A DNA stretch of 64,000 nucleotides, from NCBI GenBank assembly GCA_002269645.1, contig NIVC01000127.1:372001-436000 (forward strand), given 5' to 3'. Positions 20,201 to 40,522 of this stretch are shown piece after piece (the first letter of the stretch is position 1; each line of letters begins with the position of its first letter). The position numbers were made by a program, and so were the translations under genes. The DNA comes from Macrostomum lignano (lineage: Eukaryota). The notes beneath the pieces were generated by a model. The model was not told where the DNA came from, did not search any database, and was given only the letters and a program-made list of their open reading frames with translations.

Positions 20201-23126
20201 ATTAATAAACAATGGGGACGGCAACTCACTGAAGGATTTGGGCACGGCAACCCACTGAAGGATTTGGGGACGGCAACCCACTGAAGGATTTGGGGATGGG
20301 GACGGCAACTCACTGAAGGATTTGGGGACGGCAACTCACTGAAGGATTTGGGGATGGGGACGGCAACCCACTGAAGGATTTGGGGATGGGGACGGCAACC
20401 CACTGAAGGATTTGGGGATGGGGACGGCAACTCACTGAAGGATTTGGGGACGGCAACTCACTGAAGGATTTGGGGATGGGGACGGCAACTCACTGAAGGA
20501 TTTGGGGATGGGGACGGCAACTCACTGAAGGATTTGGGGATGGGGACGGCAACTCACTGAAGGATTTGGGGATGGGGACGGCAACCCACTGAAGGATTTG
20601 GGGATGGGGACGGCAACCCACTGAAGGATTTGGGGGTGGGGACGGCAACCCACTGAAGGATTTGGGGATGGGCACGGCAACCCACTGAAGAATTTGGGCA
20701 CGGCAACCCACTGAAGAATTTGGGGATGGGGACGGCAACCCACTGAAGGATTTGGGGATGGGCACGGCAACCCACTGAAGAATTTGGGCACGGCAACTCA
20801 CTGAAGGATTTGGGGATGGGGACGGCAACCCACTGAAGGATTTGGGGATGGGCACGGCAACCCACTGAAGAATTTGGGCACGGCAACCCACTGAAGAATT
20901 TGGGGATGGGGACGGCAACCCACTGAAGGATTTGGGGATGGGGACGGCAACCCACTGTAGGATTTGGGGGTGGGGACGGCAACCCACTGAAGGATTTGGG
21001 GATGGGGACGGCAACCCACTGAAGGATTTTGGGGATGGGGACGGCAACCCACTGAAGTATTTGGGGATGGGGAGGGCAACCCACTGAAGGATTTGGGGAT
21101 GGGGAGGGCAACCCACTGAAGGATTTGGGGATGGGGAGGGCAACCCACTGAAGGATTTGGGGGTGAGGACAGCAACCCACTGAAGGATTTTGGGGATGGG
21201 GACGGCAACCCACTGAAGTATTTGGGGATGGGGAGGGCAACCCACTGAAGGATTTGGGGGTGAGGACGGCAACCCACTGAAGGATTTTGGGGATGGGGAC
21301 GGCAACCCACTGAAGGATTTGGGGATGGGGACGGCAACCCACTGAAGGATTTGGGGGTGAGGACGGCAACCCACTGAAGGATTTGGGGATGGGGAGGGCA
21401 ACCCACTGAAGGATTTGGGGGTGAGGACGGCAACTCACTGAAGGATTTTGGGGATGGGGACGGCAACCCACTGAAGGACTCCGCATTCAAGCTTTACTTA
21501 CGGCATGCTAAAATCGAATAGGTGAGGTCCGTTTCCTTTAAGCATTTTGTAGGCTCGTCGCATGATAGTCTTGCACTCGGGAGGCACGTCGCCGCCGCTT
21601 CCACCGCCGCCGCCGCCGCCGCCGCTGCCGAAGCCGCTGACGCCGGCTCCGGAATAATCGGCGGACAAGTCGAGTCGAGGAATTTTGGCATAGGGGAATC
21701 CGGCGCTAAGACTGTCGTCGTTCAGCTCCTCCGTGATGATGCAATCGTCTTCCTCCTCTTCGTCGGCTTCGTAATCGTCGCCTTCCACCTGTGATTCGAC
21801 ATTCGTACATAACGGCTGCGTTTTAGACACAACATTAATGTGCTCGGGCGATCAAATGACCTTGAGTAATAGCAGAGTCAAATGACCTTGAGTGATAGCA
21901 GAGTCAAATGACCTTGAGTGATAGCAGAGTCAAATGACCTTGAGTGATAGCAGAGTCAAATGACCTTGAGTGATAGCAGAGTCAAATGACCTCGAGTGAT
22001 AGCAGAGTCAAATGACCTTGAGTGATAGCAGAGTCAAATGACCTCGAGTGATAGCAGAGTCAAATGACCTCGAGTGATAGCAGAGTCAAATGACCTCGAG
22101 TGATAGCAGAGTCAAATGACCTTGAGTGATAGCAGAGTCAAATGACCTTGAGTGATAGCAGAGTCAAATGACCTCGAGTGATAGCAGAGTCAAATGACCT
22201 TGAGTGATAGCAGAGTCAAATGACCTCGAGTGATAGCAGAGTCAAATGACCTTGAGTGATAGCAGAGTCAAATGACCTTGAGTGATAGCAGAGTCAAATG
22301 ACCTTCAGTGATAGCAGAGTCAAATGACCTTGAGTGATAGCAGAGTCAAATGACCTTGAGTGATAGCAGAGTCAAATGACCTTGAGTGATAGCAGAGTCA
22401 AATGACCTTGAGTGATAGCAGAGTCAAATGACCTTGAGTGATAGCAGAGTCAAATGACCTTGAGTGATAGCAGAGTCAAATGACCTTGAGTGATAGCAGA
22501 GTCAAATGACCTTCAGTGATAGCAGAGTCAAATGACCTTGAGTGATAGCAGAGTCAAATGACCTTCAGTGATAGCAGAGTCAAATGACCTTCAGTGATAG
22601 CAGAGTCAAATGACCTTCGGTGATAGCAGATTCAAATGACCTTCAGTGACGGTGGCAACACAGTTATAAAACGACTAACCTTAATGGCGCCAAGCGCCGC
22701 GCCCAGCACGCTACTGGCGCCCATGTCGCCAAGTACAGACGCCTTCTCTTCCTTAGTTGAAGCATTGGCGCCACCAGACAAAGACGAGGCGGCAGTTGAT
22801 TCGCGATGCAGCTGCTGATGCTGCGATGGCGGCGGCTGTTGCTGCTGGTGCTGCTGCTGTCCGGACACGCTGGCGACAAGGCCGGCAGCTTCTAGCTCGG
22901 CGAGGCGGTCGCTTCGATCGAATGCCCGACAATACCTGGGCTCCATGGAGTGAACCACGTGAGTGTGCAGATTGCCGATGATTTTCAGTGCAGAGAACAG
23001 TTCGCGCTCGGCCATGGACTCTACGAGCATTTGCGCGTTAGTGATGGTGGATTCGAACAGGGTGAGAGGCGAGAAACTGTTGCCAGGCGGCAGCAGGCTC
23101 GAGTGCGGGCTGAGTACGTCTGCCAT
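11267..23126 (-). CDS. Gene A: uncharacterised C14orf93/DUF4616-like protein with a mutually exclusive exon array. Constitutive exons 23126-22680, 21788-21502, 20134-20037; one variable exon; then 11614-11267.
   Basis: GT-AG sites with consistent phases. Homologous to gene B (FSPLTLFE.TITNAQML.ESMA.REL; LKGNGPHLF.FSMP; KL.RRQKSFEL; RDYTSSDE; LRVR.LAWES; LD; RPPP..P.WAL). The family call rests on recalled similarity of these motifs to C14orf93. Confidence 0.75.
11665..12890. repeat. Intronic G-rich minisatellite, ~21-bp unit gggagaatgggatttggggat-like
   Basis: Tandem units in the last intron of gene A; source of the EWDLG/MGFGD repeat ORFs. Confidence 0.95.
13190..13266 (-). CDS. Gene A variable exon 14: (R)LPKTSRLTDIFWDFRKQMRSKLRLT
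   Basis: 77 nt, gcgcag/gtaatg, phase 1 to phase 0. Confidence 0.85.
13435..13511 (-). CDS. Gene A variable exon 13: (R)LPKAGRLSEIFWDFGKQIRIKLRHN
   Basis: 77 nt, tcgcag/gtaatc, phase 1 to phase 0. Confidence 0.85.
13587..14850. repeat. Purine-rich minisatellite (agagtgaacaag / agagtgaacagaaaggtgaag units)
   Basis: Tandem 9-12-bp modules, between variable exons 12 and 13. Confidence 0.95.
15016..15092 (-). CDS. Gene A variable exon 12: (R)LPKAGRMCEIFRDFGKQIRTKFRLS
   Basis: 77 nt, tcgcag/gtaatt, phase 1 to phase 0. Confidence 0.85.
15290..15760. repeat. Minisatellite, 45-bp unit ctcaaggtgacggaggtctattcccaaggtgataaagggtctatg
   Basis: About 6 near-perfect copies plus degenerate flanks, between variable exons 11 and 12. 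Confidence 0.9.
16029..16105 (-). CDS. Gene A variable exon 11: (N)LPKSGRLSVIFSDFKRQVHDKYRGL
   Basis: 77 nt, ttgtag/gtaagg, phase 1 to phase 0. Confidence 0.85.
16272..16348 (-). CDS. Gene A variable exon 10: (R)IPCRGRILYMFSDFALKARCKFKQL
   Basis: 77 nt, tttcag/gtgagt, phase 1 to phase 0. Confidence 0.85.
16505..16581 (-). CDS. Gene A variable exon 9: (R)IPTSCRLLYIFQNFRSASRLKMRLS
   Basis: 77 nt, weaker aag acceptor, gtaagt donor, phase 1 to phase 0. Confidence 0.75.
16734..16810 (-). CDS. Gene A variable exon 8: (N)LPKDSRINYLHSNFGTKIRAKYRIS
   Basis: 77 nt, ttgcag/gtgagt, phase 1 to phase 0. Confidence 0.85.
16979..17055 (-). CDS. Gene A variable exon 7: (K)LPYASRTIFLFIDLRRKMRFRFRSF
   Basis: 77 nt, tttcag/gtaaga, phase 1 to phase 0. 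Confidence 0.85.
17800..17876 (-). CDS. Gene A variable exon 6: (N)LPYKSRPDRVFCHIRSALRAKYRET
   Basis: 77 nt, ttacag/gtaaga, phase 1 to phase 0. Confidence 0.85.
18041..18117 (-). CDS. Gene A variable exon 5: (R)LRSEFRISTAFSKMRFESRHALKLN
   Basis: 77 nt, tttcag/gtgaga, phase 1 to phase 0. Confidence 0.8.
18235..18311 (-). CDS. Gene A variable exon 4: (R)LPKEARISMIFISFRTDAKKRFKAL
   Basis: 77 nt, ttgcag/gtaagt, phase 1 to phase 0. Confidence 0.85.
18475..18551 (-). CDS. Gene A variable exon 3: (R)LPKDGRINFIFKSFKLNARTRLKLC
   Basis: 77 nt, ttccag/gtaagt, phase 1 to phase 0. Confidence 0.85.
18743..18819 (-). CDS. Gene A variable exon 2: (S)LPKEGRINFIFLSFRRNARARLKLC
   Basis: 77 nt, ttttag/gtaagt, phase 1 to phase 0. 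Confidence 0.85.
19038..19108 (-). CDS. Gene A variable exon 1: (K)LLRRTVAMFAEFRRDMRLRLKTS
   Basis: 71 nt, ttgtag/gtaagt, phase 1 to phase 0, open frame. Confidence 0.75.
19575..19598 (-). promoter_or_regulatory. Putative intronic docking site for RNA-structure-guided exon choice (pre-mRNA CUUGGUCUGGAAACGUCGCAAGUU)
   Basis: Lies between constitutive exon 20037 and the first variable exon. It is in opposite orientation to a motif family recurring upstream of about 10 variable exons. Confidence 0.75.
20213..21478. repeat. Intronic minisatellite, ~32-bp unit ggcaacccactgaaggatttggggatggggac
   Basis: Tandem units in a gene A intron. Confidence 0.95.
21853..22650. repeat. Intronic minisatellite, 26-bp unit gcagagtcaaatgaccttgagtgata
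   Basis: About 30 near-identical copies. Confidence 0.95.
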
Positions 23127-23187
23127 TCCGGAGCGGCGGGCATGAACGGAACAGTAATGGATGAATTAATTAGTGACGAGTTCAAGT

Positions 23188-24150
23188 GAACCTGTAAATC
23201 CCTAAATTGAACTTGTAAATCCCTAAATTGAACCTGTAAATCCCTAAATTGAACCTGTAAATCCCTAAATTGAACCTGTAAATCCCTAAATTGAACCTGT
23301 AAATCCCTAAATTGAACCTGTAAATCCCTAAATTGAACCTGTAAATCCCTAAATTGAACCTGTAAATCCCATAATTCAACCTGCAACTACCATAATCGAA
23401 GCTATAAATCCCATAATTGAACCTGCAACTCCCTAAATTGAACCTGCAACTCCCTAAATTGAACCTAAAACTCCCTAAATTGAACCTGTAAATCCCTAAA
23501 TTGAACCTGCAACTCCCTAAATTGAACCTAAAACTCCCTAAATTGAACCTGTAAATCCCTAAATTGAACCTGCAACTCCCTAAATTGAACCTAAAACTCC
23601 CTAAATTGAACCTGTAAATCCCTAAATTGAACCTGTAAATCCCTAAATTGAACTTGTAAATCCCTAAATTGGACTTGTAAATCCCATAATTCAACCTGCA
23701 ACTCCCTAAATCGAACCGGTAAATCCCTAAATTGAACCTGCAACTCCCTAAATTGAACCTAAAACTCCCTAAATTGAACCTGTAAATCCCTAAATTGAAC
23801 CTGCAACTCCCTAAATTGAACCTAAAACTCCCTAAATTGAACCTGTAAATCCCTAAATTGAACCTGCAACTCCCTAAATTGAACCTAAAACTCCCTAAAT
23901 TGAACCTGTAAATCCCTAAATTGAACCTGCAACTCCCTAAATTGAACCTAAAACTCCCTAAATTGAACCTGTAAATCCCTAAATTGAACCTGTAAATCCC
24001 TAAATTGAACTTGTAAATCCCTAAATTGGACTTGTAAATCCCATAAGTCAACCTGCAACTACCATAATCCAGGCTGTAAATTCCATAATTGAACCTGTAA
24101 GTCATAATTGAACATGTAACTACCATAATCAGAGCTGTAAATCATAAAAT
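23188..24150. repeat. Minisatellite, 21-bp unit tgaacctgtaaatccctaaat
   Basis: About 40 copies directly upstream of the first coding exon of gene A. Confidence 0.95.
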
Positions 24151-25080
24151 TGTACCCATAAAATCGACTTTATACACCCTGTAACTTTACAACTGTGCAA
24201 TTGTCAAATTCGCTAACCCAAAGCCAAAAATCTATCAAAATGAAACAATGGAAGCAATCCAAATGTGATATGCTGTAAACTATTTGTTGAACCCCCTATC
24301 AGCTAATACTACCTAAGCTAAGCACTTCTACGGATTGAATTAAATAAACAATAGTTAAAAACGCAGTTCTCAACACATTCATAAAACAGCATGTGATAAG
24401 TGGACTTATTGCGAGAATTAGACGAGAATCAATTTTATAAAAAAATGGATAATGATACAAGGTCGCCTAGCAAACAAGACGGAGATGCAACCCAAGTCGA
24501 ACAGACATATCGATTAGCAATTAGATGTCTCTGTATTCAACACTAATAATAAGACACAGTAGAAAATAATGTAGTGATTTGTTGGCAACAAACAGATAAC
24601 TGGGAGCTTGGGACTCGGTCAGCACAGTATCGCACAAAGCTATGTATGCATTGAGTAGATAAGGGATAGCACTGCAAGCTAAATGCCGATGTTTGCTAAA
24701 CTGCATAGAATACGAGCTTATATAACAGTAGCTTATATAGTGTATACTAGATATTATTTGCTAATTACACAAAGGCAATTTTATTTTAGTTATCATCAAT
24801 ATACAGCAAAGCAGCCGATAAAATCATTAATTACGGAACCGCCTACTCAGAAGATTAGTTTTTATAGTATAGTATGCTACTAAAAGAGAATATTATAAAC
24901 AAATCTACAGACAGGAGAATAATTGCCACTAACGATGATGGGATAAGTTTTTGACAGGGAATGTCTGCTGCACATCTAACCTACATTATTTTATAATGCT
25001 ATAGCTGGGGATTATAGGGGTATAGCTGCAAAAATTTACACCTGTTTACTAACAGTAATATTATTATTATTACACATTTA

Positions 25081-34475
<9,395 letters not shown>

Positions 34476-36047
34476 TGCTGAGTTTGTTGCAGAAGCCTGG
34501 TAGAGAGCAGCTGTCAAGTGTTATGATTGGCTTTAGCGGGTTTCTATCGACAGAGGAGCTGGAATTGGCAGCAATGGTTAACCAAAAACTGTCAATCAGT
34601 TATGTCACTGTCATATACATGCATACATGCACAACCTCCAAAATTCGGTCGGCCGTGTGACTTAGTTTTAACAAAATGCGACAGTTTTTGGCCAAAAATG
34701 CGACTTACAGGTAAAAAAAACTGTAAAGCAAATTTAATGCAACTTTGGGTAAACTGCGTTAAACTCTTGCTTGGCCAAATTGCCGTCTTGTGCTTTTGTG
34801 GGGGCTAGTCACTAATTGCAGATTGTAATGCTCTTGGAAATAGCAATTTTACTAATCTATAAGTATTCTATGTAATGTATAAATACACTATATTGTATGC
34901 AATGTTATATTACTAAAAAACTCAACTAATTACAAAACTTGGAAATTGAGTATCCAAGAAAATGGTTGAGTTACTCAACAAAAAATTGTCAAGCCAGATA
35001 CTCAACAGGCACAATAATAAAGTACTATAGTTAATAAGCTAAATATCTGCTAGATAATATTAACTTTAAAGAAACTAACATTAACAATAACCTATAATGT
35101 TATAAATATATAACAGAATTCAAAACTTAATATAGATAATAATATATAAACCTTTACCTTAGCACCATAGTTTAGGTGACATATATGCCAAGATTTCTTG
35201 GTGTACAACAAGGGTCTTATATTTTTAGCATACATAAGGGTATATCCCGGCATATATGACAGTAGATACATGCCAAATAATAAATTTTTGTATTGGCGCA
35301 CAAACCTAGTATACAAACAAGGTTTCATCAATTTTTCTAGCATTAAACCTGGGCATATACTAATATATGATTTGAACTATGGCCTTAGTAGCTATACTCT
35401 GGATCATATAGTATATGCCCAAAAAATTTGGACATGCATTGGCCTTGCATGCCAAAAGTAGGCATGCACAATTGGCATATATCATTCTTACAAAAATCAT
35501 GTATGCACACCTAGCATATACTTTATAAAATCAACACAGAATAGTTATTGTGAAATGGAAAAAAAGATGAAAAAAGTTTATTTTAAGTATAATTTTCAAG
35601 CTTTACAGGTTTTTAAGCTTGTAATAAAGCATTGATTTTCCACTATGAATAATATTGCTGAAAAAGCAGAAAAATAAAATAAATGATTTGCCATTAAGGT
35701 TCCATGGTATTATGCAATTCAAAAATGGAGTACTTATAGGAATGGCGGCTGTGTCTATAATATTTAGCTTATAGGCATGGCTATTATCATCAATATAAAA
35801 TGCATGTTCTATAGGGCTCTCTTATAAGCAAATGGTGGCTTAGTAGATATGTCAATTGCCTTGTGATTGGGTGTAGGAAGGTTTAAATCCCAAGAGGTTG
35901 GTCTTTTTTAATTGAAAATTTTTTAGCAAATAGATTTTTTCCATCTTGAACTTTTTAAGTTTTTTATTAAATTAAAAAAAAAATAAATTAAATTTTTAAT
36001 AAGAATAATTTGCTAAATCCTAGTGCAGCTGCAAATATATATGTAGC

Positions 36048-37162
36048 CCATAGTCAGGAAGGTGGCCTTTGCCATGGAAAATTCCGGCACAATACAAGGG
36101 GTCCTTGGCATACTTGGCACACAATCATGGTGCACACTAAGGTCCCTGGCACCCTATTGGAATAAGTTGACAAAACACAGACAACCGTCTGTTACATTTT
36201 CAGATTCTCCTGGTGTCGCGTTGCGCGACAATGGTGTCAAGTAGTGTGTCGCGTCACGCGACACTGTGGAAACCTGGTGTCATCATGCGTTGCATTGTGC
36301 AACGCAACAGTGTGGCAACTTGGTGGCTGGCGTTGCGGCTTGGATCTGTAGCCAAAACCTTGCAAATTGTGTTTTATTGTAATATGTTCACGGTTGTTTC
36401 TTGGTATTTAAATGTTTCAAACATGTTTGATAATAACTAGTTCTTGAATTGTTCTTTTTTACTTTGACTGTAAAGTAACTAATACTTCAAATATAATTTT
36501 TAGAAATGTTACTTGTTAGTTACAATGCGTGCTGTAGTGTTGTACCTTTGTTGTTCTACTGTTTTTTTTTAATTTCATTTCTTTTTCTGCGAAATTGAAA
36601 GGAATACTCTCATCTCTTGCCCCATGGTCTTGGTGTCGGGAGTGAATGGCAGAATGGGAATCATCAATTGCAATGTGGCTGCTATGGCATCCTCCCCCCG
36701 GTCATTTGGTCAATAGACACCAGTGTTGCATTGCGCATCGCCACCCCCTAGTCAACAAAATTTGGTGTTGCATTGCGCTTTTGAGGGCACAATTTTGGCA
36801 CCCATGTCGCGTGTCTGCGGGTTTTTGAAACTTATTCTAATAGAGCCCTGGCGCATGCAACGCATAATCATGGCACACACTAAGGTCCCTGACATACAGT
36901 GCTATGTACAACTTCAAATCAGAATAGAATCTTTATTAGCATAAAACTGGCATAGCATATTGAGTCTGCATGAATTCTAAGAATTTTATAAATTTGTCGT
37001 AAAATATTTAATTTACATAAAATACATAAAATAAGAGCATAGACATATTGCACAAATGGCACAAAGATGGCACACAAATGATGCATAGACGGCGCATAAA
37101 CGGCACACAGATTGTCCCAAAAAATTATTCTGGTGCACATTGTACTACCTTCCTGACTATGG
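36048..37162. mobile_element. Non-autonomous TIR element (~1.1 kb)
   Basis: 16-bp TIR CCATAGTCAGGAAGGT / ACCTTCCTGACTATGG; flanks tatgtagc and taaatagc (possible degenerate 8-bp TSD); internal ~30-bp direct repeat near 36123 and 36866. Confidence 0.6.
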
Positions 37163-37396
37163 TAAATAGCTATATCTATAAGTATTTGAACTTACAGATT
37201 ATTACAAATTTTATATTATAAGATAAGAAGTTTGCCACATTTTTGTTTATGCTCTTTAGTTATTGCTAGATTTTCATTTATTCTCAAGTTGCTTAATTAC
37301 ACATTTAGTAAGGCTATATAATGTTTAACTTATGACAAAGTGCAAGCGATATGTATTTAAAAATTAATTTTTTTCAGTAGCTACATATATAATTGC

Positions 37397-38214
37397 TAGT
37401 GTTCCGCCGTAATTACGGCTACAGCTACGGCAAATTATGGCTACGACACTTTTGAAGCCGTATTTTCATTACGGATTATGGTTATGGATTATGGAGATTT
37501 TTCTAGACTTGCTGTAATTGGTAGCCGTAACAAAAATTATTTATTTTTAACTGTTTAGTGTTATAAAAGAATTTTTTTTATATCAACTTCAACCAGTTTT
37601 CATTTTGTTTTACTAGTTATTATTATTTTTTACATTTGTTAAGTTTCTAAATATCTACGAAACTTTTTGAAAACGTAAAATGAATTTTTTCACGAATTTT
37701 CTTATTAGGCATATGGCATAGCATAGCATAGCAATAGCATGATAGCAGCGAGACAGAGAGAGCCAGTCAAAGCCTGCAAGAGACTAAGAATCTGGCATTC
37801 TTATTTCTTAGCCATATGTAGTATTTAGCTCCTTAGCATATTGTAGTGAAACAAAACAGAATCACGACACAGAAAACTGAAAAAGGCACCAAGCACACAA
37901 TTGCATACAACAATGCTATAGAATACTTAGATAAAGATATTATATTTACAAAAAATAAATGAATATTAATGCATGAACTTACAAGTAGGTTTTATTGCTA
38001 TCCTTTTATCCTTTTTATCTGTCATTTTCTATCTGCCCTACTTTTCATGCAAAAATATCAATTTTTGTTATACATTACGACTACAGTTATGGCAAATCAC
38101 GGTTATGGACTTTTTTAGCCTGTAATGATGGCAAAATTTGGCTACAGAAGTTGCTTCTTTTTTATGGCTACGGTTACGGTTACGGAGGTCAAAACTCGCA
38201 GCGGTAGAACACTA
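37397..38214. mobile_element. hAT-type non-autonomous element (818 bp)
   Basis: TIR TAGTGTTCCGCCG / CGGTAGAACACTA; perfect 8-bp TSD ATAATTGC (37389-37396, 38215-38222); subterminal ggctac/ggttac repeats. Confidence 0.8.
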
Positions 38215-38685
38215 ATAATTGCAGCCACCTTTTAAGATTTAGTGTTACTCTTCCTACTGTGTCTCTAAGTGTGAACCTATTCACTATTAACAATATGGCC
38301 TGGCTGCCATGCAAGTTTCATTGACATAATAGTTGTGTCTAATAATGACTAGGTCTTTAGTTTAGGCCTACTTATAGACATGGCAGCCATGTCTATAATG
38401 CAGAAACTTATACACACAGCAGCCATGTCTATAAATATGTACCTAGTCACTATTAGAGACACAACTGCCATGTCTATAAGTTTTTGCATTCTAGACACAG
38501 CCGCTTGGTCTCTAGTCTTAGTGTGGCAATTCAAAAGGTCATTCATTGTAATAATATAAAAAGGTCATTTATTGTTGCAACACTGGCATAGTTTTGAAAA
38601 TGGATAGCCTATGCATTCCATTTTGGCATGCATTTATAATTATTCAATTTTTGTTTAAGTTTTCACCTAGTGTAAGTGTAATCTG

Positions 38686-38956
38686 GGACTTCTTCAAGTT
38701 TATGTTGATAAAATACTTCCGATTTTTCGATTTTTTTGAAACTTGCGGTGGAGACTTATGGGGCACCCAAAATTACAAAATTCCTCAAAATTCCCCATGC
38801 CCCGGTGGTTGGTTTTAAGCTACATATAATTGGGTTAAAGCTACCTAAAAATGGAGCTCAAATTTGAAATCAGCACCATCAAAAACCTCTATAGAGACAA
38901 AATTATGATCCTATCCAAATTGAAACTATTTTATCAACATAAACTTGAAGAAGTCC
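38686..38956. mobile_element. MITE (271 bp) with perfect 30-bp TIRs
   Basis: GGACTTCTTCAAGTTTATGTTGATAAAATA at 38686 and its reverse complement at 38927-38956; flanks gTAATCTG and aTAATCTG (7/8 TSD). Confidence 0.8.
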
Positions 38957-40174
38957 ATAATCTGGACTATGGTCTAATTTGGTATATAGGGCCTATTAGT
39001 ATTAGGTATAAAATTATAATCTTAAATAGAAAACTAAGGCACTAGCTAGTAATGGTTACAAAAATCAAAATTGAATAAAAACTATAAATATTTTAACCTC
39101 ACTTTGCTACAGGAATAAAAACTCTCTCTGTCATCAATTCTCTTTATCCCAATCTCTATATCTCTTCATCCCAATCTCTATATCTCTTCATCCCAATCTC
39201 TATATCTTCTTTACCAAACTTTCTAGTTTTGCTTTCTAGGATAGCTTTAGAATGGTAACCAATAACATTGGGCCTAGTTTTGGTAATGATAGTTAATTAT
39301 AGTCAAAGTAATCATTTAACATGAGGCCTATTACTTTAGGCCCCTACCCTAGCCTATGAAAGTGTATTGAAGTTGATAAATCTTTGATTGAATCTTATTT
39401 ACAAAACGAAAAGGCGTTATTGTACTAAATTATTTCATAATTTTAATACTCCTTTCAATAAAGAACAGTCGCATTATACTTTTATACGTTTCTGTAGATA
39501 ACATCAAGCACACTTAATAAACCATACAATCATACACACCTTTACCATGAAGTTTTCTTTATTCGTAGAATATAATTTTTGTGCATTTGAAACCTACTCG
39601 TCTAATTGGACAATGCACCTTGCAGAAATGAGACGTATAACAAAATAAGAGTAGTTAATATTTATTTTCACCAGGATTAGGAATAATATAGATTTCGTTT
39701 AACGTTAAAAATAATAATAAAGTGTAGAGGACAATAGCTACAAATATTTTAAATATCTTTTTGCACATTTATAGTTAAAATGATATACAAGTGTCCGATA
39801 CACTACTGTAAATGGACCGTACCGTACAGTTTATTATTTTTTTATTTATAGCTATCTAATGAATTTAAGTGATTTATTAACTGTTTAATGCGTTTTCCCT
39901 TTACTGGGGAATTTTAAATAGTACTTAATCAGTGGCTACTTTTTACGCAAGATAAGCGCAAGAGTAATACTAATACTTTATTACTCCGTTTACGCGACCG
40001 ATATCACGATATGTTGTGTAGTATGTTTAATGTAGCATAAATTTGTATGTTTAAGTTTTTATTTTTAAGGATGGCAAGTAACTCCACTAATAATATTTTA
40101 ATGTTTAATGATATGAATAGCGATTGGATTACTTTGATATTTATGAAACAAAAAATAATTTAAAAAATTTCAGT

Positions 40175-40256
40175 CGACGAGGATGGGATTCGAACCCACG
40201 CGGGGAAACCCCAATGGATTAGCAGTCCATCGCCATAACCACTCGGCCACCTCGTC
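40175..40256 (-). tRNA. tRNA-Ser, anticodon GCT
   Basis: 82-nt GACGAGGTGGCCGAGTGGTTA...CTGCTAA...GGTTCGAATCCCATCCTCGTCG with A/B boxes and long variable arm, followed by a T6 Pol III terminator. Confidence 0.95.
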
Positions 40257-40522
40257 TGACTTCATTGGCTTCATTTTTAAAGATATAACTTAAACGTAAA
40301 AATATTTTTTTTCTGCTGCGCAAGCCGGGACCAAGGATGCATAAAATACGATTTGATAGCTTTTGCTATTTTGACAAATGGCACATGGGAGCTCCAGCAA
40401 AAAGGCTCTTGCTAAGGCAAAAACATTTAGAGCTGAAAAATTCTGTCACAACACACTCAGTCTCTTCTCTATATCTGGCGTCACATTCCCGATCTGAACT
40501 GACCCTGCCCCTGCCCTGCTCG

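Noticed and set aside
21853-22650. Regular 26-bp repeats, and other arrays, as possible CRISPR arrays
   Set aside because: No unique spacers and no cas genes; the context is eukaryotic and intronic.
20490-24126. ORFs PSPSPNPSVGCR and NLGIYRFNLG
   Set aside because: Translations of the 32-bp and 21-bp minisatellites.
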